Shown: positions 29,106 to 40,356 of the stretch, one piece after another | How positions within the stretch are numbered: the first letter of the stretch is position 1 | Layout: each line of letters begins with the position of its first letter | Source: a bacterium | Lineage (GTDB): Bacteria; RBG-13-61-14; DATKZS01 | Length of the DNA stretch: 64,000 nucleotides | Reading direction: 5' to 3' | Assembly: GCA_963674965.2 (NCBI GenBank) | Contig: CAXXFL010000006.1 | Span: 736,001 to 800,000, forward strand | Position numbers and translations under genes: made by a program | Notes under the pieces: model-generated | What the model saw: the letters and a program-made list of their open reading frames with translations, nothing else | Databases searched by the model: none | What the model was told of the DNA's origin: nothing

Positions 29106-32100
29106 CGGTATCTCCAGCGTCAAAGGCCAAGGTTTCGGAAGGCGTCTCAATTAGTTCTATATTAGGTTCGGAAAGTATAAAGGATAAAGCGATTTTCCGA
29201 TATTCCTCCAGGCTCGGTTTTAACAGGGCAATCTCCAATTCATATTCACCCGGTTCCGCGTCGTTAATTGGTATCTCGAAAGTTACAATAAGGCCGTCAA
29301 GCGGGATCGAGACGTCCCTAGCCTCAGACCAAAAGGCAGTCCTTAATTCCAATGTTCCGGCAAATGAGGCCAGTCCAAGATTAGTGAGGTTTATTATCAC
29401 GGGCTTGACGCCCAAATCGGACTCGCCGACTTCTCCGGTCATTATAACGTCCTCTTGAGCTTCTACCTCGAAATCCGCTATTAATACGGAAGACGCGTCC
29501 GGCCACATGGCTGCGGCCTCAACCCGGTAAAGCCCGGGGAGTAAATAATCGATAATCGATAGGGACGTGGTTTCGCCTGGTTCAAGTTCCGGGGACACGG
29601 AAAAACCGCTTATCATTACCGGGTCGCTTTGGTCTTCCATGGAATACAGGGCATAGCCGGTTGGAAATTCTCCGACGAACGCTCCGGCGTTCGTGATCGT
29701 TGAAGGAATATCAACCCAGCCCGCGAGATAGGAATAATCGGCGTTGAGAGTGAGAATACCCGCCTGAGGAACGACCGAAAAGGAGATAGTTTTCTCAATA
29801 TCGCGAGTTGAGTACTCGAGCGTGTATTCGCCCGGAGCGAGGTCGTACGATAAAACTCCCGTCCAGCTATCTTGCGGCGCCAGGGCGTAGTCGATAGCGG
29901 TTGATTCGATTTGTACTCCTTCAATGGTCGAAAGCGCGTATTCCGCGACGTCTTCAACGTAAAAAGAGCCTTCATTGTCGATAAAGTAAATCAGGTTTAC
30001 GGCGCCGACGGGATAGAGTTGGTCGGCGTCAACGAACAGGTCAACTTCCGCGTCATATTTAACCACGACGGACTCGGTGTTTTCATAATCGCCGGTAAAA
30101 ATTACCTCTATTAAGGTATCCCTGGAAATTCCGACTTGCGTGACGCTAATAAGATTCTCTCCCGCGTCAAGGGAAATTGTCGCTTCGTTTATAAGCGCGC
30201 CATCCGAGGACGAAGCGGAGAACTTTACGTCATCGACGTCGGCGAACAATCCAACGCCTTCTCCGGCGTCATCCACGATAAAGACTAACAAGACCGTGGA
30301 ACCCGCCAGCGAGGAGACGTTATAGGAACAGTTCATCTCCTCGGTCCTGAATAAGCCCTCGTCGGGATAGTATTCGACCTCGGCCGTCTGCTCGTCCAGA
30401 TAACACGCCATAAAAGTGTCCATCCCGGTGTCAATAATCACGATGAAAGAGGCGAGAGGTTGCTGAGTCGTATAAAGAGCTTGCCATGCCCCGTAGATGT
30501 ACGTGAGGTTTAAGTCCTCCATTCCCTCCGGGATGAATATTTCTTTATACATCCACGTTTGATAGGAGTCGGCGTAAAGCTCGGCGGAATAATTCCCCGA
30601 CGAGGCCCAGTATTCGTTGAGAGCCACGTTCCGCGTATCGCTTACGTTCCAACCTGGAGGTGACTCTCCAGGGTCCCACTCGACTTCGAAATCTTCGATC
30701 ATTTCCTTATAAATCTGGTAAGCCCAGAGTTCTAAATCGAGGTCGGCCCCTACTTGAGCGTAGTTGGTTAATTCTATTGAAACGTCGAAAGGATCGTCTC
30801 CAACTTGTGAAGGAGCGGTCAAGGAGCTAACCACCGTCGGCGACTCCGCGAGGAAAATATTGTCCATCGAGTCAAGCGGAGCGCCTGATTGAGAAACGGT
30901 CGCCTCAAGCAAGTAATAACCTTGCTCGATCGCCTGATAAGAGCCCAGCGCGTATGACGCTTCTCCATATGGAGCTAAAGAAATCGAGTCGATCTCTCCT
31001 TGAGCTACAATTGTTTCCTCGGGATCGATGATTTTCCATTCATACGCAAGGCCTTCCATCGTTAAGCCGTCGAGATTGGTAATGCCACCCTCGACGGTGA
31101 ACGAGTCGCCGACCTTATACAACAAGTCGTTCGTTGAGATGTCCACCGCCACCGAAGCGTTTACGATCGTGAATGGATAAAGCTTCCGGTCCAACGTCTG
31201 GCCAAAGTCGTTCGACAACGTCGCGCGCCAGAAAAACTTGCCCGTCAAGCCCTCCGGATCGAGGTCCTCAGGAGGAATGGACCTGGCCAAGGAGAGGGGC
31301 GGATCGGAGTCATCCAGGAAGACGCGCGTCGTTTCACTCCAGAGGACCATGGTCATCGATTGTTCGTTCGAGCCGGGACCGGCGTTTTCGCTCGAGTACA
31401 ACGTTATATCGTCAATGAACCAGCCTGGATAGTCATTGCCGTATTCGTCGATGGTATCGAAGTAAAACCTTATATAGACTTGCTCGCCGGAGTAAGCCGA
31501 AAGATCAATGCTTGCTTCACGCCATCCACCGCTGCTTCCTGAAGGGGCGCTTCCTATGCCGCCACGCAAAGGCGTCCAGCTACTTCCTCCATCGCTCGAG
31601 AGGTCCACCATGCAGAAATCATGGCCTTCTTCCGTTTCGAAGTACTCCCAAAAGCCCAGCGCCGGATACTGTTCCGAGCTTAGGTCGATAATTGGAGTTA
31701 TCGCGGCTGAACTTATCCAACCTAAATCGTAATCCCCGGTTGCCTCATTTCCGAGCCAAAGACTGAATTCCGAATCGTGGGCGTTTAAATCGGTAACCGT
31801 CCAGTAGTCGTTCCCTTCATTGTAGGTTTGCGTGGACCAGCCTGACGTGACGTCCTCAAAGTCGGCGATCAAGGAGCCGGCGTTCCCAAGGTCCGCGCCA
31901 AGCACGAAAAGCCCGCCGGCGACGGGGTCACCATAATTGCAGTCGCCATAACAGACGTTTCCGGCAATTACAAGATCGGCCAGTCCGTCCACGTTGAGGT
32001 CGCCGACGCTTATGGAAGAAAATCCGCAGACGGGATAATCCCATAATCTGGTCCCGTTTTCCGGGTTGATGGCATAAGCCGTCTCGGTAAGCTCGTTATC

Positions 32101-35100
32101 CTGAAAAACTGCCTCAAGCTTGCCGTCACCGTCCAGATCGACCAAAGTCGGACTTGAGTTGATCGAATAGTCTCGATACCACCAACTGGTGCTTCCCTCG
32201 AGGGGCAGAGGTGGGCCGAACAATTGGCCGTCGGCTGAAAAGGTCAGGAAGGAAATGGGATCGTCTTCAGACAGAATGGCTATCTCCAGGGAGCCGTCGC
32301 CGTCAATATCGCCCACGGCGGGAGACATGCCTGAAAAGTAGCCTTTATATGGCGTGTTATCGGACGCGGTCCAGAGTTGGGTCCCGCTTGCGGCGTCGAG
32401 CACTATCAATCCGCCTAAATTTCTATAATCGGTATCCGTGTAGCTCCTTTGAAAGATTACTTCCATAGAGCCGTCGCTCTCCAGATCGGCGATCACGGGA
32501 GCGTTGTTGACGGCGCCGTACTCGACCAGAGTGGGATCGGCCGGGTCGATTCTCAAGTCGGGATAATAGCTCCACTTAATAGAGCCGTCAGCCTCGAAGG
32601 CGTGGATTCCACCCGTATCGATATAGGTCCAGTAAGGCAGTCCGCTCCAATCGAGCGCGTAATCGAAGCCGACGACGACCTCGAGTTCATCGTCGCCGTC
32701 AATGTCCGCGACGGCGGGACTGGAACTGCCGCCTATCGAGACGCTGTCTCCTGAAACAGCCTCGAGATAAGGATCGTAACCCGTCCAGATACGATTTCCG
32801 AGCCGGTCGAAAACAACGGGGCCCTGGCCGGGATAATATGCCGTTTGAGGCCAGGTGTATCCGGCGAAGCCTCCACCCTGGAGGATTATCTCCAAAACCC
32901 CGTCGCCGTTCAGGTCCGCCAACGCCGGGGAACTGAAAACGGGGCCAAGATCGTAGTCAACGTATCGCTCTACGCCGCAATCTCCGGGACCGGAGGCGGT
33001 GATCACGTAGAATCCGGGAGTGGAGGGGTCCGAGCAACCCACGACTATCTCTTTGATTCCATCGTCGTCCAGGTCGGCGACGGCGGGAGTCGAAAATGTC
33101 GTGACCAGCGACGCAACCGGATCGCCCTGGGTCGCGCTCCAGCTAACCTCGTCCTTGACCGTGAATATCCATAATTCGCCTTCGTCACCCGGATCGTTTC
33201 CCGAGTTCACGAATATTATCTCCGGTTTGCCGTCTCCGTCGAGGTCTTCTACCACGGGAGTAGACATGGGCTGGAATCCCCGTGGAAAACCTCCATCATC
33301 CTCATTTATGGTCCATAGCCGCGATGGTTGCAACAAGGCTGCCTGAAGCCCGCTGGTGGCGGTATTGGCCGCGTCATGACGGTACGACGGCCAAGTTTCA
33401 GAAGGAGACGATTCCACCGGGCCGACTCGAACGATCTGGAGGTTGATATCCGCGCCCGAAAGACCCAGGCCTGATGACGTTAACAGCCCGTTTCCGGTAA
33501 TTGGCTCGGCAATACTGTATATGTCCTTGTCCGTCCATATATCGAGCGACGCGGACGCGCCGCCGATGAATATTTCCCTGACGAGGGATTTTGCCGTCGT
33601 GGTCCGAGAATCGTAGGCAAAGGCGCGAAGCGTATAAGCGCCCTCGACAATACCCGAGGGGATGGCAAAGGCCGTCCTCTGCTCCACGCCGCCGCAACAA
33701 TCCACGCGCTCACCTACAAATGGATTGCCGCTCGCGATTACTTGGCCGGTGGAGTCGAAAAGAAACGCTTCAACGTCCACCAGGGCATGCACGCCTCCAT
33801 CATTGGAGACGATAAAGTCCACGCCGTCGCCGGGATAGTACTCGGCCGTGAGCGGCGAATCCAACTCTATACGGGGCGGGGGTACCGTAAAGAGCGTTTC
33901 ACCTGAATAGCTTTCCGAATTATCGAATTCAAATCGACAGGCGACCGCGTAAGTGCCCGGCTCCACTCCGTCGCGGATGGCGAAGCCGTAATCCCCGCCG
34001 GGATACTCCACGTCCGGCTCTACCTGAACGTCCGACCGCGTTCCCACGAAATCAGTCGGGTCCACGCCGCCCACCTCCAGGACTAAATCCGGTGAAAGCG
34101 AACCCACGAACCTTTTAGCCAGATACGTGAAGGAAAAAGAGATAGGGTCTCCCTCGTTATAGGAGTCCACAAGCCCCGTTACGCCGAATTCTCCCAAAAC
34201 CGACCTGGTGTATACGCGGCGGAGAAAGGAAGTCGAAACGTCTCCGTACTGAGGCGAAGCCGTTAAAACCAAGTCATGGCGGGCCTCGGCGAAATCTTCC
34301 GTCACGGGCAGGACATACCTGTTATCCACCGAATCTCCCGGGGATAGAATAATCGCCAAGGAGTCGGAAAAATCGAAATCGCCCGATAACGCGGGATCGT
34401 CCTCGATAAATAACTCGGCGTTCAGGGTTTGCCGGTAATGCCCACCCAGGATGGTCTTGACCGAGAAGTCAAGGTCCTCGCCGATCATGAGTTTGGTAAA
34501 ATCGACGTGATAGCCGTCGTTAAGGTTCAGCCCCACGGCTATAGTGGACTGGATTTCAACCTCGCCGTATCGAGTAACCTCGGGAAACTCGACCCGGTAG
34601 CGCAATAGGTATCCGCCCGTGAAAAGCCCCAGCGTTTTGCTCGACGCTAAACTGAAGGTGAAAGGGCTTCCCCAAAGGACGGAGTTCTCCAACTCCATGA
34701 ACTCGACCTGGGGAGTAAACATCGACACGGGAATAACCGAGCTTTCGCCCGCCAATATCTCGGGTAAGGAGACTGAGGCGGAATCCAAAACCTCGGCGGT
34801 TGAGCCGTTTCCGACCAGTTCGACCGTCACGGTCCCGGCCCCGGATGGAAGGGTCTCGTTAAAGAGGTTTTGAATTTTCACCGGAATAGCGTTTACGGCC
34901 TCCGGAACGAGCGGGGAAAGGAAAGCAACCGAAATCTTCGCGTCGTAGATTTCAACGTTAAAGTAGGACGAGTCCCGAGCAACGGCCTCACCGTCTATGA
35001 GAAGCTCGGCGGTGATCCAATACCTTCCCAACTCCGGGTCGGCTGGGAGATAAAAAGTATCCGAAAAGGCGAGGGAGTCGAGAGCGTCAATGGATACGGA

Positions 35101-37509
35101 GGATAGGACCTGATACACGGTATCGCCGCCCACGAGGCCGGCCCTGACCGACAGATCGGCCTCCAACCGACGATCGAGAAGATTGGCGGCGCTAAACCCG
35201 ATTTGAATCGGGTCCGTCACGTTATATACCTCCCGATCTGTACTCAGGTCTCTTATCTCCGCCACTTCGTCCATTCCATAGGGAAGGACCTCGAGATAGT
35301 TGTAATTCGCGCCCAGCGCCGTGTCGCCGCTGAAAAGCTCGGCCTTTATCACCCAGCGTCCGCTTGCCGAATCGTGAGGCAACGTGAATCCGTCCAATAA
35401 TACGGATGAAGTGAGGCCGTCGATCGTAACCGGCAAAGAAGTCTCGTATGCCGCCGCGCCGGGAGCGTCTAAGACCAGGGGAGGAAGTACCTTGACCCGC
35501 AGGTCCGAGGCATACGTCGTCTCGCGCCTGTTCTTACACTCGACCTCATAGCTTACGTAGTCATCGGGGTAATAAGACTCGTCCGCCGCCTCCACCCGCC
35601 TAATATAAGCGTCGAGGTCGAGACCGTCGCCGAGGTGGCCGTACACTATCCTGGTGACGCGGTCGCCCTTCCGGCGGCCGTCAAGCTTATAAACGTCCGC
35701 CATCAGCCGATAGCTGTACCAGCCCCTCCAGAAATACCAGCCGACCCGAGTGTATTGGTCAACGTAATCGAAGGACTCGCCGGGAGAAAGCTCGACCGCG
35801 CCCAAATCGTCCGTGCCTAAAAACGTCTTGGACAAATCGACGCGGACCGTTTCGCCGCCAAGGTTCTCGACGTGAATGTAGAAGTCCAGCGGCCCCAGCG
35901 ACTGGGGAAAATTGGTGCTCTGGGCCAGGGTCACGACGATATCGTCCGGCCCGGCCACCAGGTCCTCGGGTATCACGGTGACCGCGAAGCGACCGGTCAT
36001 TTCCTCGAAAACGCCGCCGATGGCCGTGCCGTCCGCCGCGAACAACCGGACCATAGCGTGCCAGACGCCGAGATTGAAAGGCAACTCGGGCAGCTCGAGA
36101 GTAACCCCGGCCGTGTCTCCGGGAGAAAGATCGACGGAGACGGTCTCGCCTAGAAGGACCGTCCCCCGGTCCGGGTCCATTATCTCCACCCTGGCGAAAG
36201 CCGCTGCGGCGTTTCCAAAACCAATGGGATATTCAACCGCCATCTCGACCGAGGCCGTCGTGTCGCCTGGCTCGAAGCGGGGAAGGATGGCCGGAGAAAG
36301 CGCCCAGGTAATCGTGTCCCGGACGTAATTGCGCTCGTCCTCGGCGATCTGTCCCGTCCCATAAGCGTAATCGGGATACATGTGAGTAGCGATAACATGG
36401 CCCGCGCCCCAGGGATACTCGATTATCGCCCCCGCGTCGTTCTTCCGGCGCGTAAGGATTTTAATGGAACCCTCGGGTGCGCTAACGAAGAACCCGTCGG
36501 TATGAACGTCGGACTTCGCGCTTGCCTCGCTGGATATCGCGGGATGATAGGCGGAGGGACGGGCGCCGCCGCGATAGCAAAGAACGTCCTGAGTATAACC
36601 GAAGGCCTCGGGAGAACCGGGGACGATGGACCAGTCATCCCCGGTGGCCTGTGAGAAAACAACGGCGACGCCGCCAGCCGAGACGTACTCGTCCAGATTG
36701 GAGATGAAAGACGCGGAATTGACGTAAGGCGAAAGCGACGCCGAGGGGATGACGAGGACCCTGACGCCCTCGGAAACGTACAGATCGGGTCCCAGGTCCG
36801 TGAAGGGATCGACGCTCCGGGAGGCGACGTTGATCGAGTCGAGAAAGGACGCGGCGTACTCCTCGAAAAGAGGGGCGCCCAATACTCCGACTCGAGCTCG
36901 CGGGTCGTCGCCGGAAAGGCGGCCGGGTATGTCCGTCGAGAGTATCTCGTTGTCGTCCGGTTTGGCCCACTCGCAACCGGGAATCTCGCGGCTGTCGCTT
37001 CCCGAACTGAAGCCGCAACCGCCGACAGAGCAACTGCAGGATTCCCAGTTCCAGTAAATAACGCAGTTTTCATAATCGACGCTTAAATTGTGGAAACCCG
37101 CCGGCTCGACCGGTATTTCGATAATGTCCTCGTAATTGGCCAGAGGCTCGGCGGCGGCCGTTTTGATGTAAACCTTGGGATTTTTAAACGACTCGCATGA
37201 CTCGCGGTCCTCGATCTCTCCGAGGTTCAAAGGAGTGATGGTTAAAATAACCGTTTCGCCCGATAAAAAATCGCCGCCGGGCAAAGGCTGGAAGCTTATG
37301 CCCGTGACGATATCCGAGGGGTTTTCCTCGAGGCGGAAAACGTCGATAGCGTTCCCGTGAATGGTTACCTCGCCCTTGTTTTCGATCGGTACTTTGAAAA
37401 TACCGCCGGCGGAAGGGGCCTTGAATCCTTCCTCGGCAAGGGAAGCTCGGCATGAAAGAAGAATGTAAATTAATGTGGCGATTACTCTGACTTTGTTTTG
37501 CGGAAACAT
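28987..37509 (-). CDS. Giant secreted scaffold protein B (GATase-like domain, Ig-like/CARDB-type modules, FG-GAP propeller); C-terminally truncated at about 29080
   Basis: Signal peptide; VLVIPS...LDEYVSAGGVAVVFSQ; repeated SSPAVADIDGDxxLEVV; collinear with giant A, whose similarity continues past B's SVSNT. The last ~29 aa are antisense read-through into the integrase remnant. Confidence 0.85.
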   Translation of the reverse strand: MFPQNKVRVIATLIYILLSCRASLAEEGFKAPSAGGIFKVPIENKGEVTIHGNAIDVFRLEENPSDIVTGISFQPLPGGDFLSGETVILTITPLNLGEIEDRESCESFKNPKVYIKTAAAEPLANYEDIIEIPVEPAGFHNLSVDYENCVIYWNWESCSCSVGGCGFSSGSDSREIPGCEWAKPDDNEILSTDIPGRLSGDDPRARVGVLGAPLFEEYAASFLDSINVASRSVDPFTDLGPDLYVSEGVRVLVIPSASLSPYVNSASFISNLDEYVSAGGVAVVFSQATGDDWSIVPGSPEAFGYTQDVLCYRGGARPSAYHPAISSEASAKSDVHTDGFFVSAPEGSIKILTRRKNDAGAIIEYPWGAGHVIATHMYPDYAYGTGQIAEDERNYVRDTITWALSPAILPRFEPGDTTASVEMAVEYPIGFGNAAAAFARVEIMDPDRGTVLLGETVSVDLSPGDTAGVTLELPELPFNLGVWHAMVRLFAADGTAIGGVFEEMTGRFAVTVIPEDLVAGPDDIVVTLAQSTNFPQSLGPLDFYIHVENLGGETVRVDLSKTFLGTDDLGAVELSPGESFDYVDQYTRVGWYFWRGWYSYRLMADVYKLDGRRKGDRVTRIVYGHLGDGLDLDAYIRRVEAADESYYPDDYVSYEVECKNRRETTYASDLRVKVLPPLVLDAPGAAAYETSLPVTIDGLTSSVLLDGFTLPHDSASGRWVIKAELFSGDTALGANYNYLEVLPYGMDEVAEIRDLSTDREVYNVTDPIQIGFSAANLLDRRLEADLSVRAGLVGGDTVYQVLSSVSIDALDSLAFSDTFYLPADPELGRYWITAELLIDGEAVARDSSYFNVEIYDAKISVAFLSPLVPEAVNAIPVKIQNLFNETLPSGAGTVTVELVGNGSTAEVLDSASVSLPEILAGESSVIPVSMFTPQVEFMELENSVLWGSPFTFSLASSKTLGLFTGGYLLRYRVEFPEVTRYGEVEIQSTIAVGLNLNDGYHVDFTKLMIGEDLDFSVKTILGGHYRQTLNAELFIEDDPALSGDFDFSDSLAIILSPGDSVDNRYVLPVTEDFAEARHDLVLTASPQYGDVSTSFLRRVYTRSVLGEFGVTGLVDSYNEGDPISFSFTYLAKRFVGSLSPDLVLEVGGVDPTDFVGTRSDVQVEPDVEYPGGDYGFAIRDGVEPGTYAVACRFEFDNSESYSGETLFTVPPPRIELDSPLTAEYYPGDGVDFIVSNDGGVHALVDVEAFLFDSTGQVIASGNPFVGERVDCCGGVEQRTAFAIPSGIVEGAYTLRAFAYDSRTTTAKSLVREIFIGGASASLDIWTDKDIYSIAEPITGNGLLTSSGLGLSGADINLQIVRVGPVESSPSETWPSYRHDAANTATSGLQAALLQPSRLWTINEDDGGFPRGFQPMSTPVVEDLDGDGKPEIIFVNSGNDPGDEGELWIFTVKDEVSWSATQGDPVASLVTTFSTPAVADLDDDGIKEIVVGCSDPSTPGFYVITASGPGDCGVERYVDYDLGPVFSSPALADLNGDGVLEIILQGGGFAGYTWPQTAYYPGQGPVVFDRLGNRIWTGYDPYLEAVSGDSVSIGGSSSPAVADIDGDDELEVVVGFDYALDWSGLPYWTYIDTGGIHAFEADGSIKWSYYPDLRIDPADPTLVEYGAVNNAPVIADLESDGSMEVIFQRSYTDTDYRNLGGLIVLDAASGTQLWTASDNTPYKGYFSGMSPAVGDIDGDGSLEIAILSEDDPISFLTFSADGQLFGPPLPLEGSTSWWYRDYSINSSPTLVDLDGDGKLEAVFQDNELTETAYAINPENGTRLWDYPVCGFSSISVGDLNVDGLADLVIAGNVCYGDCNYGDPVAGGLFVLGADLGNAGSLIADFEDVTSGWSTQTYNEGNDYWTVTDLNAHDSEFSLWLGNEATGDYDLGWISSAAITPIIDLSSEQYPALGFWEYFETEEGHDFCMVDLSSDGGSSWTPLRGGIGSAPSGSSGGWREASIDLSAYSGEQVYIRFYFDTIDEYGNDYPGWFIDDITLYSSENAGPGSNEQSMTMVLWSETTRVFLDDSDPPLSLARSIPPEDLDPEGLTGKFFWRATLSNDFGQTLDRKLYPFTIVNASVAVDISTNDLLYKVGDSFTVEGGITNLDGLTMEGLAYEWKIIDPEETIVAQGEIDSISLAPYGEASYALGSYQAIEQGYYLLEATVSQSGAPLDSMDNIFLAESPTVVSSLTAPSQVGDDPFDVSIELTNYAQVGADLDLELWAYQIYKEMIEDFEVEWDPGESPPGWNVSDTRNVALNEYWASSGNYSAELYADSYQTWMYKEIFIPEGMEDLNLTYIYGAWQALYTTQQPLASFIVIIDTGMDTFMACYLDEQTAEVEYYPDEGLFRTEEMNCSYNVSSLAGSTVLLVFIVDDAGEGVGLFADVDDVKFSASSSDGALINEATISLDAGENLISVTQVGISRDTLIEVIFTGDYENTESVVVKYDAEVDLFVDADQLYPVGAVNLIYFIDNEGSFYVEDVAEYALSTIEGVQIESTAIDYALAPQDSWTGVLSYDLAPGEYTLEYSTRDIEKTISFSVVPQAGILTLNADYSYLAGWVDIPSTITNAGAFVGEFPTGYALYSMEDQSDPVMISGFSVSPELEPGETTSLSIIDYLLPGLYRVEAAAMWPDASSVLIADFEVEAQEDVIMTGEVGESDLGVKPVIINLTNLGLASFAGTLELRTAFWSEARDVSIPLDGLIVTFEIPINDAEPGEYELEIALLKPSLEEYRKIALSFILSEPNIELIETPSETLAFDAGDTVTLSYSVSNTRIASAHAGSDVPWRPGPGRASRSPGSFWT

Positions 37510-37569
37510 GATAGCCTCCTAATGCAAGGACGGTTAGTTATTTTAGTTCAGGGATATCAATATAACCAG

Positions 37570-38373
37570 TTATCTTGGATAAGTCTCCGTGCGTATATAG
37601 TTAATTAACTCATTTTTTAATTCTTGATCGTGAACGTGTGTCTCAATTAATTCGAGACAATCCGATTTGTTTTGTTCTTTTTGATTGTGGTTATTACGAA
37701 AACAGTTAGAAACAAATTCCTCAATGAAATTAAGTCGACTACTTAAAATAGCATTTTGTTCATTAACATATTTATATCTTTCAATATCTGTAACAAAGCA
37801 CATTATATTTTGATCTCTAACTGGATAATCACATAAAGGATATTTCTCAGATGATATTTCATTTGACTCCTTTTGATTTACTATTGTAAGTAATAATATT
37901 TGAAGAAGGCAATTAGACGATTCTCGCTCTGCCTCTGGCATATATGTACTTTCCACGCCAAATTTATAGTTGTATGCATGTTTTTTTATTTTCCATAACG
38001 ATAATTCCGACTCTCTATCTAAATGACACTCAAGAGCATTGTCGGCCAAGAATATTACTTCGTCCGCAGCATTATTTATATCTTGGAAATCTTTTTTCAT
38101 TATACTCTCTTTGAAAATGCCGTGCAATTTGGTACTTTTATTAAAAGCAGCTTTTAAATACATATTACCTAATTTAGAAGGATCATCCATTTTATTTGCA
38201 ATATCAATACACTCTTTAAAATGGGCGCCATAGTATTCTCGATTGTCCTCCAAGCAATTTTTGAAATCAATATTTATATCCGGCTTAACTGAAATATCCT
38301 TTTCACTTTCACATCCCCAAAATGATATTGCGGATAAAAGGCACAAGACCGAAATTGAAATAATCCTATACAT
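37570..38373 (-). CDS. Variable lipoprotein, copy a (1-nt deletion removes the conserved C-terminal tail)
   Basis: Lipobox FWGC; paralogue of 42869-43708 and 46543-47385; GYIDIPELK is encoded out of frame after the stop. Confidence 0.8.
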   Translation of the reverse strand: MYRIISISVLCLLSAISFWGCESEKDISVKPDINIDFKNCLEDNREYYGAHFKECIDIANKMDDPSKLGNMYLKAAFNKSTKLHGIFKESIMKKDFQDINNAADEVIFLADNALECHLDRESELSLWKIKKHAYNYKFGVESTYMPEAERESSNCLLQILLLTIVNQKESNEISSEKYPLCDYPVRDQNIMCFVTDIERYKYVNEQNAILSSRLNFIEEFVSNCFRNNHNQKEQNKSDCLELIETHVHDQELKNELINYIRTETYPR

Positions 38374-39339
38374 AGTTTTCTCCTCATAATTAAAAGTAAT
38401 AAATCAATTTGGTAATTGAATATTTGGTTCCATCACCCAGGGCCCCCTTTGTGAAGTCGTGGTGTAATATAAAGAATTCCCATTATCCGCGCAAGGATTG
38501 GCTGGGCCATCTGGATTGCCTGGGGAATCGTTTTCACTTAACTTATCAATAACTCGCCTTGCGTTGGCTGTTTTATTGGGATAGAAAATTGCACAAAAAC
38601 CCGAGTTGCCCAGTTCATTCCAGACGGGATTTACTGCATTTTTATCTTTTGTCCATTCGATTCTAATGCTAACTGGAAACTTGAAAGGCGCTCTAACACC
38701 ATTCATTAATTCCTTAGGCCACAGATTAGTAACAGCTTTATCTCTATAAAAATTTTGATTGGGATAGTTATAAATAATTATAGTCCCCAAACTGGAACCC
38801 GATAAAGGAATGCAGAATGTTTCTCCTTTGGGCCAAACCCAATTTATACAGTAATTCTCCCCTAAAGAATTCCCATAATTAAAGTTTTCACGCAAACCAA
38901 TTTTTTTAAAACAAGCTTGAGTCGGCTCTATATCGAGATAAAAACCAGCGTCAACCCCAATGGATTTACCAGTAAGAAAATTACCCTGCTGGCCATATTG
39001 ACCTATGTATGAACAATATGTTTGATCCTGTTCACCAGACGCGCATTCCATATCAGCCGGCTTAAATTTTCTCGGTACCATTACTTTTGGCTCAGATACC
39101 TTAAAATGGTACTCTCTTTTAAATTTATACAAGCCATTTTCAGTATCGAAATCAAAATAATTTGTCACAATATCTTCGACGTCGGGATTATATGACACTT
39201 TATATATTGGTTTTATATCATTTATTTCATCATAAGTCGTCTCTCCGCTTACAAAACCTCCAGCGGCTGGATTTGAATGTTTCCAAAAAGAACGCCCAGC
39301 GGAATGTGTCAAGCAAAATGAGACACGCCTTTCCTGAAT

Positions 39340-40356
39340 TTAGTGTGGCAAACTGTTTATTTCCTCCGGTTTCGCCGGTGGGTTGATCCACGCTTTGCCG
39401 GGCAACTCCGGCGCCGTCGGCGGTCTTTTCACGAAGCGCTCCGGTTTTTTTTCATAGGCGTGGTCGAGCGTTTTTTGCCTGGCGGCCACGATCTCGCTCG
39501 CCATTCCGTAATGGACCATCTCGGGCGTCATCAGGCCGATCCCGGTGTGCCGATGCTCGCGGTTGTACCAATCGAAAAACTTCACGCAAAAGGCCCTGGC
39601 GTCCTCGATGGAGCCGAACCGGCTCGGGAACTCGGGCCGGTACTTCATGGTCTTGAACTGGCTTTCCGAGTAGGGGTTGTCGTCGGACACGTGGGGCCGC
39701 GAGTGGCTCTTGGTCACGCCCAGGTCGGCCATCAAGAAGGCCACCGGCTTTGATTTCATCGAACTCCCCCGGTCGGCGTGGATGGTGAGTTGTCCCGGCT
39801 CGATCCCCTGTTTTCGGATGCTGTCCCCGATCAGGCGGCGGGCCAGCTCCGCGCTCTCGCGTCCGGCGATCATCCATCCCACCACGCAGCGGCTGAAGAT
39901 GTCCATGATCACGTAGAGTTGGTAGCAGGTCCATTTGGCCGGTCCCTTGAGCTTGGTGACGTCCCAGGACCAGACCTGGTTGGGGGCCTCGGCCAGCAAC
40001 TCGGGTTTTTTGTATCGGGGACGCCGAAGCTGGTTGCGCCGCTCCCGGACTTCCTTTTCCGAGTCGAGGACGCGGTACATGGTGCGGACCGAGCACAGCC
40101 ATGTCCCCTCGTCCAGGAGCGTTGCCCAGACCTCGCGGGGGGCCTTGTCGGCAAAGCGCTCGGAGTGGAGTTCGTCCAGCACCCGGCGCCGCTCGTCCTC
40201 GCTCAACGACCTTGCCGGCTTGGCCGCGCGCCTCGGCGGCGGAGGCCCGAAGGGAATTTTAGCGCAACGATTAAACGTTGCTCGCGACAGGCCCAGGGCC
40301 TCGCAGGCGGCCTTGGCGCCGACCCGGGGAGCGGCCGTGCTTGCCGATTCCATCAT
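39340..40356 (-). CDS. IS3-family transposase OrfB (DDE/rve)
   Basis: PNQVWSWDVT, MDIFSRCVVGW, IHADRGS, DNPYSESQFKTMK, WYNREHRH. Confidence 0.93.
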   Translation of the reverse strand: MMESASTAAPRVGAKAACEALGLSRATFNRCAKIPFGPPPPRRAAKPARSLSEDERRRVLDELHSERFADKAPREVWATLLDEGTWLCSVRTMYRVLDSEKEVRERRNQLRRPRYKKPELLAEAPNQVWSWDVTKLKGPAKWTCYQLYVIMDIFSRCVVGWMIAGRESAELARRLIGDSIRKQGIEPGQLTIHADRGSSMKSKPVAFLMADLGVTKSHSRPHVSDDNPYSESQFKTMKYRPEFPSRFGSIEDARAFCVKFFDWYNREHRHTGIGLMTPEMVHYGMASEIVAARQKTLDHAYEKKPERFVKRPPTAPELPGKAWINPPAKPEEINSLPH